DNA of 41,809 bases from Catajapyx aquilonaris. Lineage: Eukaryota. The notes under the pieces were generated by a model. It worked only from the letters and a program-made list of their open reading frames with translations, did no database searches and was not told where the DNA came from. Location of the stretch: the NCBI GenBank assembly GCA_000934665.2, contig KZ538893.1, positions 1 to 41,809 of the forward strand, in the 5' to 3' direction. This document shows, piece after piece, positions 1-9,744 of this stretch. Numbering within the stretch: position 1 is the first letter of the stretch; every line of letters begins with the position of its first letter. The position numbers and the translations under genes are program-made.

Positions 1-68
1 GGGGGAGGCGTGAGTGTATGGTGAAAACGAAAAGGGGGGCGTCATGACGAAAAGGTTGGGAACCACTG
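1..68. mobile_element. Right end of a hAT-like non-autonomous DNA transposon, truncated by the window edge
   Basis: Ends AAAAGGTTGGGAACCACTG, the reverse complement of the CAGTGGTTCCCAACC hAT/Charlie-type TIR. It is followed by TTCTAATG, which resembles the NTCTAGAN Charlie target. Confidence 0.55.
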
Positions 69-117
69 TTCTAATGTGAAATGACAAATGAGTAAGTTGT
101 ATGGATACAGTTTATTC

Positions 118-205
118 GGGCCCCCTTAGGTCGGTTCCAGCCCGGGCCCTTGACCCCCCAGACCGCCCTGCTGGGGGTGCGGGCACCCCAGGCTAGGAAC
201 CCCTG
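118..205. mobile_element. Right end of a second hAT-like element
   Basis: GC-rich tract ending GGCTAGGAACCCCTG (reverse complement CAGGGGTTCCTAGCC), followed by CTCTATAG. No matching left end was seen. Confidence 0.4.
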
Positions 206-713
206 CTCTATAGCAATCACACAGTGTCTTGCAGAGCAGTCCTAATAATCATGAATATGGTGTGATGGCACCATCGAATGTTGTATAATTTCAGTCCTGA
301 AAGGTGGCATTTTCGGCTAGAAGATGGAAGGCAGACTGTTTGTCCCATGAATTCAATTTTCAGGACGATTCCGAGCGGTCAGTAGGCCTAGCCATTATTG
401 TAATTCTGGAGCAAGTAATAATTTTATGGGCTGGTATACTTGTTTACTAGTAACCTCATGACTTTTTGATTTGATTGCAAAGTGGAATTCCTTAATTTGA
501 GTGCGGAAGGGGAGTACGGACTTTTTCATTTCATTTGGCCCAGGATAATAATATGACAATAATATGGCAAGTTGATAAACAGGAATTGGCGTTGCTATAG
601 GTGATGGCATCATGTCAAAATAGGGTAATTAGGGAAAAAATAAGAGGAAAAAAATCATAACTTCTATCCTATACCAGAGGGAACTGTGAGGTTTTGAACA
701 CAGATCCACAATT

Positions 714-895
714 GAGGGAGGTGAAGTGGCGCTGCGGTAACGTATGCGCCAACGGATGTTAAGGTCCCGGGTTCGATCCCAGCCCGGGGACACCCCCTTC
801 ATCTCGTGCAGAGTTTGGTCGTCTCTGGCTTCGTCTCGGGTGGAATTTCCTTACACTAATCCACCCAGGGGAGTTCACAAAATGACCTGGCCACC
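714..895 (+). mobile_element. tRNA-derived SINE, family A (5' part)
   Basis: A-box-like TGGCGCTGCGGT and B-box GGTTCGATCCC (770-780). About 180 bp are highly similar to the reverse complement of 33050-33230. Confidence 0.85.
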
Positions 896-1976
896 CGGTT
901 TGGGGAGATGACACCAAAGTTTTTTGTGCGGCAAGATTGCTATGGCTACTTTTGGAACTAAGCTGCTTATTTTAAGCAGCTGCTTTTGTATAGTTACTTT
1001 TAATGGTCATTGAAGGCATTACCTACTAATAATACACCAAACTGTATCATCCATCCAAGCTCTGAACTGCAAAGTACGTATTTCCAATTAGGAATTGCCC
1101 ATTGGAACAATTGGCATGCCACGCACGTCAATTGCAGAACCCACTCTGTGCATGCCAGACCCCCATGCAGGGTTTTTAAAAAAGGACGGGTACTTGTAAC
1201 CTAATATTAACAGCTAATACTTTTGATAACCATTTGTGGAAGCCACGTAAAGTAACTGCTAATATAAGTAGCTTAGTGCCAACAAATAACCATATTAGTC
1301 GTACAAGTATTTTGGATCACCCTGTGCTACTCTATGTTACTAGAATTTTTGACTATTTCAGAATTTGTAACATACGCAGTATGCATAATATTAGTGTCAG
1401 AGGATGAAAATGGGTAGATTCTGTACCCAATGTATGTGATCCATGTTGCAGTTGGAAATGCTACTTATCTATGCTACTTGCCTTTTGCTGTGTGACAGGT
1501 CCAGTGTCCCTCGAATTTTTGGTCTTTGCTCGGTTTGACTCCTGCACTACCCGAAGATTTGCAAAAAGCTCTTACAAACGCTGGAATACTGCAGCAGAGA
1601 CTGAATTTGCTTTATTGCTTCTTATAGAATGGACATGAAGCATAAGGGGTTTGAAAAAACACACCCATGCACAATTAATTTCCAGAAAGTAAACTAGATA
1701 TTTTTTTAATGATTGGTGGTACTAAAATCTTGCACAATCGTTCTGTGGAGATGGAATGACAATCCGTCAGTTTTATGCAAAGAAAACAGCCATAAATAGA
1801 TTTTATTAGAGAGACGGGCTTGTGATTTTTCCACCCACAGCTCATCCAGAATGTCCATTGTTCATTAGACTTAATTAAAACGGGCTTGTGTACTTCTGTT
1901 CCACACTGCGTTAGTGAACATGATGTATAAAGCCACTACAGGGAAAGAATCCCCAGGATATCAAGCCAAGAATATA

Positions 1977-2221
1977 TGAGGGGTATCACATCAAAAGTGG
2001 CCAAGTCCAAAAAAAAGGGTCGTAAAATGAACAAAAACTGCTGATTACGTAACTTTCACGTGTACAATCTTGAAACTTTTTACGGCCATATGTTGCCACG
2101 GCTCAGCTACATACACAAATGTGCAATTAATACCCAATGATATTAAAATACATTATTGCTGGACGTATTTGTGTTACACCCCCCAAAATGGACTTGGCCA
2201 CTTTTGATGTGATACCCCTCA
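1977..2221. mobile_element. Tc1/mariner-type MITE
   Basis: Perfect 33-bp TIRs TGAGGGGTATCACATCAAAAGTGGCCAAGTCCA (1977-2009 / 2189-2221), flanked by TA on both sides. Confidence 0.9.
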
Positions 2222-2283
2222 TATATTTTTAAAGAATGAGAAGCTGCAGAATACGTCGATGAAACGCAATTGGGTAAGCAATT

Positions 2284-2893
2284 AGGTCATTCCACGCGAA
2301 AAGGGACATTTTGGTGAAAAGTCAAGTTTTAAAAGCAATTTTTGTTTTGCTTTTTAAACTCCCATGTCAACCACAATTTTGGTGTTTCTGTGGAATGACC
2401 GTCATGAAGAATAGATGAATGCTACTTCAGACCCATTCTCTTAACCCATTTTTATCCTAGGACAAACATGTCGGGTCAGTTATATGTGCTTTGTCCCGTC
2501 CGTTACCCACATTAAATTATAACAACTATACCAATTACATGCAACAACTTAATTATTATGAATGAACCTATTCTGTTGATAATTATTATGATAGTCTTCT
2601 ACAACATACAGAAAAATTTATTTCTGAAATGTTCAAGAGAACTGAGTTTTGCTATTATGTGTGCGACAATTAGTATATGCATGTTCATTTCATGTCCTGT
2701 CCATTAGCCGACTAAATGTAATTAAATCACCATGTTAAAACATACCAACATCTGATGTTTCATAAATCTTAACACCATCAGTATGTTGCTGTTGCAATGT
2801 TACATAACATTCAAAAACACTATACCTACACAATTTATATTTGAAAAAGGAAAATCCATTAATTTTGCCCCGTCCGTTACCGTGGAATGACCC
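2284..2893. mobile_element. Non-autonomous DNA transposon with AATT TSD (Sola1-like)
   Basis: TIRs AGGTCATTCCACG / CGTGGAATGACCC, with a 4-bp AATT duplication at 2280-2283 and 2894-2897. Confidence 0.65.
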
Positions 2894-4190
2894 AATTCCA
2901 TTTGTCTTGTCACATCATCGTCGCAGCTTGTAGCCAATCATGGTACTCTTTGCAGAGTTTTAAATATTACGTACATTTTAAAATATACTTAAGTATAATT
3001 TAAAAATACAATAGACCGTTTTAAACTATTGCTTGATTAATGACCTTTATTTAGAAAATAAATACTTCTAATTAGGTGTGATAAACACATTTTAAAAATC
3101 ACATGCCGACAATTTTAATGAAGTGCCCAATAACTGTATACTTTCCCCTACTCAGTGTCAGAATATTTAGGCCCAATATGGATGAAATGTGCAGTCTCCC
3201 GTATAATACAGTGCTAATGATTGGTCGATAGGTATGGTTGTTCGTGTTAGTTATTATCAGACCAAAATGTTGGCATAAAGCTGTTTGTTGTTACGAATTC
3301 CTAACAGCTCATATTTTTACGGGAAAATATAATATTTAGTCGATTGTAGGTCTACTGAAAGATTATTATTTCAAGGCCCTCCTTTCCGATACTACTGTAC
3401 GATATTGGCAAGACTCACTTGGAATTTGACATTATTGATGCAGGGTGTGCCAAGCCCAAGCACCCATGTAGTGAAACAATGACAGTTCATTTAACCTGTA
3501 AGCACCAAATCTATTTGCTGGGCTTAGAAGTATTTGTTCCAGAGTAGCTGATCAATAAAACAGATTGGCGCTTTTTTTACTCTAGCTAATACAGATTAAG
3601 CGTATATTGTTTATCAGTTTAATAATTAACCTATAAATTGTGGTACTAATATTAATAGCGGATATTAATATTACAAACTAGTCCTGACACCTCGGTCAAG
3701 AGCTCATACCTAATTAATTAATTATCAATCATAACAATATGCAGCCTCCTTGACAACATCCATGGGAAAGGCCCGTGCGGACCGTCACACCTCACGTAAC
3801 ACTATCGCTATAATTCACATAGTCCCCTATTTTCCAAACATTGAAAATCAAAAGAACATTTTCAGAAAAAACCAAATTGGCCTGGGTGTCCCAAACCTCC
3901 ACTAGCTATGGCTACACATATTATCCAATCGAACTGTTCACCACATGATCTAAATGGTGAAGAGTACGTAACACCACGTTCTTGAAAAGTGGTTTACGTG
4001 CCCTGCAGCGGTGCTATCGCAGGAAGGTTGGGTTGGGTTGAAAGGAGCCTGGGGGTGGAGGCGGTAGGTAGGTAGTCTTGGATGGAAGTGACAGGAACAA
4101 TCCCGATTCGTGGTTCGCCGGTTCACCTCGCGGCTGCGGCGCCGTCTGGCATCTGTCTTTGTCAACCTTTTGCAGCCGGGTTTTACGGAG

Positions 4191-4320
4191 CTCTCTCTCT
4201 CTCTCTCTTTTCCGTCTCCGGGGGTGGAGGCCCCAGGAAGGTGGGCTTGTATGGGGGGGGGGGGTACTTGGCATTGATTTCTGTGTTGCATTTCTCCTCC
4301 GGGGCTTTGATAACAAAAAA

Positions 4321-4356
<36 letters not shown>
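4191..4356. repeat. Simple-repeat cluster: (CT)n 4191-4208, poly-G 4253-4264, (GA)n 4325-4356
   Basis: Visible directly. It explains the SLSLSL and ERERER pseudo-ORFs in the ORF track. Confidence 0.9.
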
Positions 4357-4359
<3 letters not shown>

Positions 4360-4608
4360 AAGAGTAATGATAATCTGCCGTGATGAATCCGACATAGGGT
4401 TGTGTTCCAAGGAAATAGGTGGATTCATAATGTATTGGCATCTGCAGTCCCAAAATTGAACATATGTCATAGGGAATGTGTATGATAGGACATGCAAACC
4501 TGACGGTTGCTTCAGCTTGACACGTGCTGGACTTTATGATATTATATGATGTACTGGAGAAGTTGGAACTTTCTATTGAAAGAATGCAATTTTTACAACA
4601 TACCGGTA

Positions 4609-4750
4609 CTATCTGGTTCAAATACTTTTGGCCACTTTATCCTGGTCTTGAAGCAACCCTTCGCACAGACCCCACGTTAAGGAGGTGAGTGTGTGTGACG
4701 GGTTCCGTCAAGACCAGGATAAAGTGGCCAAAAGTATTTGAACCCGATAG
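4609..4750. mobile_element. Palindromic MITE family M, copy 1
   Basis: Inverted repeats CTATCTGGTTCAAATACTTTTGGCCACTTTATCCTGGTCTTGA / TCAAGACCAGGATAAAGTGGCCAAAAGTATTTGAACCCGATAG, TA-flanked. The core is shared with the copies at 25583, 35607 and 40423. Confidence 0.9.
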
Positions 4751-7244
4751 TACGTTTACATGTGAGCGATTTGACGAGCGAAGTCTTCGCCGAGGCTGAT
4801 TAACCAAAGTTACTAATATTGTTTGAGGCGAAAATAGATTGTTAATTTCAGCCTCGGCGAAGATTTCGCTTGTCAAATAAATCTCTCACAAAAACGCACC
4901 TTTATGGTGATCCTTTTATATATTTTTTAAATTATTTTTTGTATACCCCGTGATAGGGCGGAGCCCTTTTAGGGGGGAAGGGGAGGTTCCCTAGGGAGGG
5001 AGCTGTAATTATAGTCNCCCCCCCCCCCCCCGGTTGGGAACCAGGGCATTATAACATATTTATTTCAAGAATTGCCATCGACGATCGACGCACCAAATAT
5101 TTGCAAAATAGGCACACGATGCTTAAACACCCCCCGGAGATGGAGCCAAATACCCCAAACTTTTACAAAGAGAGGGCCCGCCGCATGCGAAAATTTTTTG
5201 GGGGTTCAAGTAACACTTTTAAAAAAAAGTTGCGCACTTGCATGGGCGATGGGCCCCTGCTTTTGGTGGGCCCCTATATAGGCTTCAGCCTATTTAAGCC
5301 ATGGATAATGCGGCCCTGCGCGACACGCGTTCTGGGTTGGGTATGAGGGTAACATGGGACAAATTCATGGGGACGTAGGAGGCTTGAACCGTATTCAGGC
5401 CCGAGCCCTGCCTTGGCTGGTGCCATCCTCTGCCAGTCTGCCTATACGGGACTGTTGTTGAGTTTAGGCGTGTTAAAACTGTTTCAGTTACCCCCTCATC
5501 TCTCTCCTCTTCCTCGCTCACTCTTAAGTCTTACCTGCACTTCCTTTCACATATCACATTTTTTCTCACTGTCTATGGGGGCCCCCAACCGGGGGGGCCC
5601 GGGTTGGTTTTCCAACCCTGCAACCCCTGCCAGGCCGCCCCTGACCCCCAGGGGGTGCGAGCACCTGGATTTACAACCAAAGTAACTCTTCTTACCCTCC
5701 TGAATTTTGAAAATCTTTTGATTTTCTAAATCTGCTTGGCCTATAGTGTTGAGAAAACATCACCTCCGCTGCTAATTTCCACGTTAGCAGGGTGAAAATA
5801 CAGCCAAAAGGCGATATTCCGAAGCCACAACACCTGCATCAGGTCGCGAGTCGCCGGTCCCGGCTGCCCGGTGGCGGTTGCGCATTTCACCTCAGGTCAA
5901 ATTATCTTGCCCACGTACAAAAATGTTCCTGCAGTATGACAATATTGACAAACAAATACAGTAATACTCTATACAATTCAGATGATATCTCTCCTTCACA
6001 ATAGACAGCAACAGCTTCAAAGGAGTCCCCCTGGTCACGAAATACAATATGTATAGGATGGATATTTTTTTAAAAGTTCCCTCGCCCCTCCATAACTTTT
6101 CGACTAGTCCAGATAGAAGCAACGAATTAAAGTTGCCACTTGCTAAGGACACATGCAACCTCTTGATCATGAGTTGCTTGTGTAGCTATCAGCTGTGATG
6201 TGCATTTAGCAGTCGCTTCTGTCATCTCGCGTTTTACATGCGACAACATTGCGGTATTCAGTTTTGCTAACGATGCTGGCAGGGTAAACAACATGGGCCA
6301 GTTTACTTGGAGCGAGAAGCGCACGATCGAAGAAGTTGTGCTGTACCGTGTCATTTGGAACCCTGCTGCAGGTAGAATTCGTAGTGTGGAGCAAGTACAG
6401 TGCCACCTGGAGGCTCATAAGCGGCCAGAAACAGTAGCCGTTTTGCCCCCAGAAAGTACAAGATTCGAGCCTCGAGCCTCTCCGTGTGCTAAATTTTCTC
6501 AGTAATGCTGGGTGCTCCTATGGCAAGTGATTGTTATTCGTGACTAGAAGTGGTTCTTTTTTGTTTCATTATTCTGGTGACCATGGGTGACCATGAAATT
6601 AAATAATAAGACTAATAATAAATGTTACAATACCGTTTCAATTTTTACTGCTGATACCTGCTTCACTCACCGGCAGAGAATGCCTGTAGTTTCAGAGCCC
6701 ACGTGTGGTCGGGTGAAAACTTTTCAGTGTATGCTACACTACATGATAAATAGCCAATTAAGTTATCTCGGATATAAGGCTGCAAAGACCAAATGACACC
6801 CCTACATAAAGTGAGCGTCTGGACCACAGTAATTTACCCCAGAAGTTTGTGGGTATCAATACGGAACACCCTGTACATTTTGTTCCATAATGCCTACTAC
6901 TGTGTGACTGACGTGACCCATCTTCCAAAGATTTTGGAATTAATTAATGAACCATGCTGCTAAGGAACCAAATCGGTAAAATTAAACCTGAATTTTGATA
7001 TTGCCTTTACATCAACATTGCAATACTGTACTACACAGTAAATAAACGATGCCACTTCTCTAGATGGTAGGCTACAGTATTTCATCCAGTTAATCAGATT
7101 TCCCGAACAATCAAGGTGAATTTTCGCATACAACTCTTTTACTTTCTCAATAATATCCAAGTAGCTGTAGAGTACGTATAATGCCAAAAAGAGCTATTCC
7201 GGATAATCCATATCCGACGAGCGTACAGTATAATGTACTTATTC

Positions 7245-7576
7245 GGGGGAGGCACGGTGGCCGAGATGGTAACGTCTCGGCTTGCTATGCGAAAGGTCCC
7301 GGGTTCAAATCCCCTCCCGGGAGTAAACCTTTCGCTTGCGTCATTGGGTCGTGACCCGCGCCTAAGGAGGCGTCTTGGCAACCTGACCTCCTGGGGGACT
7401 GCACCTGGCCCACCGCTGGACAATGCACCTGCACATGTGTCCCCTCCCCAAATCCCCCTACCCTTACCCCATTTCCTAGTAATCCTCGCACCGGTGTTCG
7501 AAGAAAAAGTAATTAGAAAAACTGTATGGTGGTTGCCACCCCCCTATAACGACCAAAGTGTTGTATCACGGGGTAA

Positions 7577-7640
<64 letters not shown>
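7245..7640 (+). mobile_element. tRNA-derived SINE, family B (full length)
   Basis: tRNA-like head (TGGCCGAGATGG ... GGTTCAAATCCC), long (AAT)n tail at 7577-7645, and a 15-bp TSD ATAATGTACTTATTC at 7230-7244 and 7641-7655. A homologue lies at 23615-23975. Confidence 0.9.
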
Positions 7641-7646
<6 letters not shown>

Positions 7647-8085
7647 TACTTATTCATATGCAAGTAAGAACAAACTGCTGCTAAATATCAAGGGTATCAC
7701 AGCTATCGTCCAAATTACCCTCTCATTTTACATAATATTATGAATGTCATTATTTCGGTAATTAAACCAGAAAATGAGCTGCCAGGGTTTCTCAGCCAAG
7801 TAAAAATACCGGTACATATTTTAACGAATAATAACGCGTAGTATATATAGTTCCTCACAGCAATTATAACGCTTATGAAAGTTTGCAAATCAACATTCCC
7901 TGCTTCATTATGTACCCATTTAATGCAAAATTGATTAACATGAACGTTAAAGCATTAAATGGCACCCAGTGTTCCGTGAACAACCCAGACATAGCTGAAT
8001 GGCTTTAGAGGGGAGGACTTACTGAACTCATGTCTCTGCTACATTATAGCCTGCAACCATAATAAGCTCCATGTCCTTCCAACAG

Positions 8086-8258
8086 GAGAGACCCTGAGCA
8101 TGGAGTCTGTGCGCAACTGCCTGAAGCTGCTGGAGCAGTGGCACATTGTGGACGTCTACTGCCACGAAGGGATGCGAGTTGTCTACCTGAATGAATCTTA
8201 CGACGTTGAAGACGGTTTACAGCCATTGATAGAGAAATGGCACCATTTTAGAAAATGA
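8086..8258 (+). CDS. GPAM: Terminal coding exon of mitochondrial glycerol-3-phosphate acyltransferase 1 (GPAT1/GPAM, Drosophila mino-like)
   Basis: Acceptor ATGTCCTTCCAACAG, then (G)ETLSMESVRNCLKLLEQWHIVDVYCHEGMRVVYLNESYDVEDGLQPLIEKWHHFRK*. This matches the remembered arthropod GPAT C-terminal motif 'GEs.s.d.irNclKLLE.W'. AATAAA at 8766-8771. Upstream exons were not found in the window. Confidence 0.72.
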
Positions 8259-8765
8259 AATGCACTGTAGGAAAAAAAAAAAAGAAGAAACAAGCACTTC
8301 AACTGGTGACCTGTGATTTTTTTTTGGTTCGTTTGTTGCTTCAGCAGTCTGAAGAATGGTTGGACTGAGTGTTTAGTTGTGTACAGCTTTGTATAGGACA
8401 GCACCATATTTTTTAAATAGTGTCCTAGCGATGTTTTTGAATGATCATGTTGTCCGGAAATCGGAATGGAAAGCTGTGCACAACCAGAGGAAGTGGATGT
8501 CTCACAGTGCATCAAATTATTATTATTATTATTTGGTGTCATGTAGCGTGCTCAGCAAATTTTTCTGTTGTTGTTACAACGTTTTTTTTTTTGTAGACAT
8601 GATCAGATTACCTTTTTAGAGCCTATGTTTACGTACGAGTTAATTTTTGTTATAAAGAAAAATCATGAAAATGTGATGAAATTGAAAAGTTTATTGCCAA
8701 CGTACATGCTGGAAAACCCACAGTATTTTATTGAGAAATTTCATATTATTTTTATTCAGATTTAA

Positions 8766-8771
8766 AATAAA
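8766..8771 (+). terminator. Candidate polyadenylation signal of the GPAT gene
   Basis: AATAAA at the end of an AU-rich tract about 500 nt after the stop codon. Confidence 0.4.
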
Positions 8772-8821
8772 GTCACTGGCAACAGTGAAATTAATGGTTG
8801 ATTTTTTTAAAGTGTTTGCAA

Positions 8822-8846
8822 TATATATATATATATATATATATAT
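8822..8846. repeat. (TA)n microsatellite
   Basis: Visible directly. Confidence 0.9.
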
Positions 8847-8857
8847 TTTTACGTTCG

Positions 8858-9033
8858 AATCCGTGTTCGAATCGAACGTCACGTGAAACCCAAGGGTGCC
8901 AATCCGTGTGCGAATCGAACGTCACGTGACATCCAAGGGTGCCAATCCGTGTTCGAATCGAACATCACGTGACATCCAAGGGTGCCAATCTGTGTGCGAA
9001 TCGAACGTCACGTGACATCCAAGGGTGCCAATC
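8858..9033. repeat. Tandem repeat, 4 x 43 bp
   Basis: Unit AATCCGTGT(T/G)CGAATCGAACGTCACGTGACATCCAAGGGTGCC starts at 8858, 8901, 8944 and 8987. Confidence 0.95.
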
Positions 9034-9036
9034 ATA

Positions 9037-9250
9037 TTTTCCCGCGCAAAATACCCACGCGCAACCTGTCTGCGCATCCTTCGTTTACACACTTCATTAT
9101 CAGGAAAGTTGACCAATAAAATCTCAGCACCAAGTCCTGGTAGCCAATAACACACGCGCTTCTTCCAGTAGCTAGATCATGTAAACCGAAGCCTTGAAAT
9201 GTAACGCGTGCTGTGATTGGCCAGTTTCCAAGTCGGCCATATTGGAATCG
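9037..9250 (+). promoter_or_regulatory. Putative cell-cycle (E2F/NF-Y/CHR-type) promoter of the small ORF/Cap-G unit
   Basis: TTTCCCGC at 9038-9045; CCAAT at 9113 and 9144 (31 bp apart); ATTGG at 9216 and 9241; CTTGAA at 9193-9198. Confidence 0.5.
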
Positions 9251-9347
9251 CCTGTTGTAGTTCTAAAGCCGCCAAAAAAAAAGGGAGCCGGAAAAGTTCT
9301 TATTCCAAGTTTCCAACATTTCGAACAGTTTTTTTTAGAATCAGTGC

Positions 9348-9744
9348 ATGGTCGTGTTGCCGTCACTGCATCGGTACCATCAGCTGCCAGGGCGGATGAA
9401 GCGGAAGCAGCCCGACTGGAGGAACTACTGCATACGAACACATCCAGGGGAACTGGATCTGGAGCCTCTATTGAAAATACCAAAGCTTGAGACGCCTCAG
9501 AAGCCTGACTCTGTAAGAACAACAACAATATATTGCTTCTTTAATAATTGTTGGCGGACAATGTCGGCATGCACTAATAATGATAATTATTATAATAATG
9601 ATTTGTCAGGTTCTGGAAGATTGTTCAAACGAGGAAATTCTGGCCGACTTTAACTCGTATCAGTTCTGGAGAGAGCTGCTTCCGGTTGTGGATCCAAACC
9701 CTATTCTGTTCCCGATTGAGCCCATGCTGGTGGAGGAGCCATGA
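9348..9744 (+). CDS. Spliced small ORF (99 aa; 83 aa from ATG 9396) with an AF1q/C9orf40 WRNPLPNID-like motif; stop overlaps the Cap-G start
   Basis: Exons 9348-9512 and 9610-9744, joined by a 97-bp phase-0 intron (GTAAGA...CACTAAT...TTTGTCAG). Product: MVVLPSLHRYHQLPGRMKRKQPDWRNYCIRTHPGELDLEPLLKIPKLETPQKPDS/VLEDCSNEEILADFNSYQFWRELLPVVDPNPILFPIEPMLVEEP*. Confidence 0.65.

Noticed and set aside
3950..4621. 223-aa ORF and overlapping ORFs
   Set aside because: They are held open by CT/GA microsatellites and G runs, start within a MITE, and show no recognisable domain.
7245..7325. Functional tRNA genes (also at 714-790, 23900-23975 and 33160-33230)
   Set aside because: The acceptor stems are poor, and each head continues into a shared SINE body, with tail and TSD in the full-length copies.
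8858..9033. CRISPR-like look of the 43-bp repeats
   Set aside because: The units are head-to-tail with no unique spacers, the context is eukaryotic, and there are no cas genes.
9194..9490. 98-aa plus ORF and 118-aa minus ORF over the promoter and small-ORF exon
   Set aside because: The plus ORF starts at TTG rather than ATG, neither ORF has a recognisable motif, and they are best explained as shadows of the 9348 frame.
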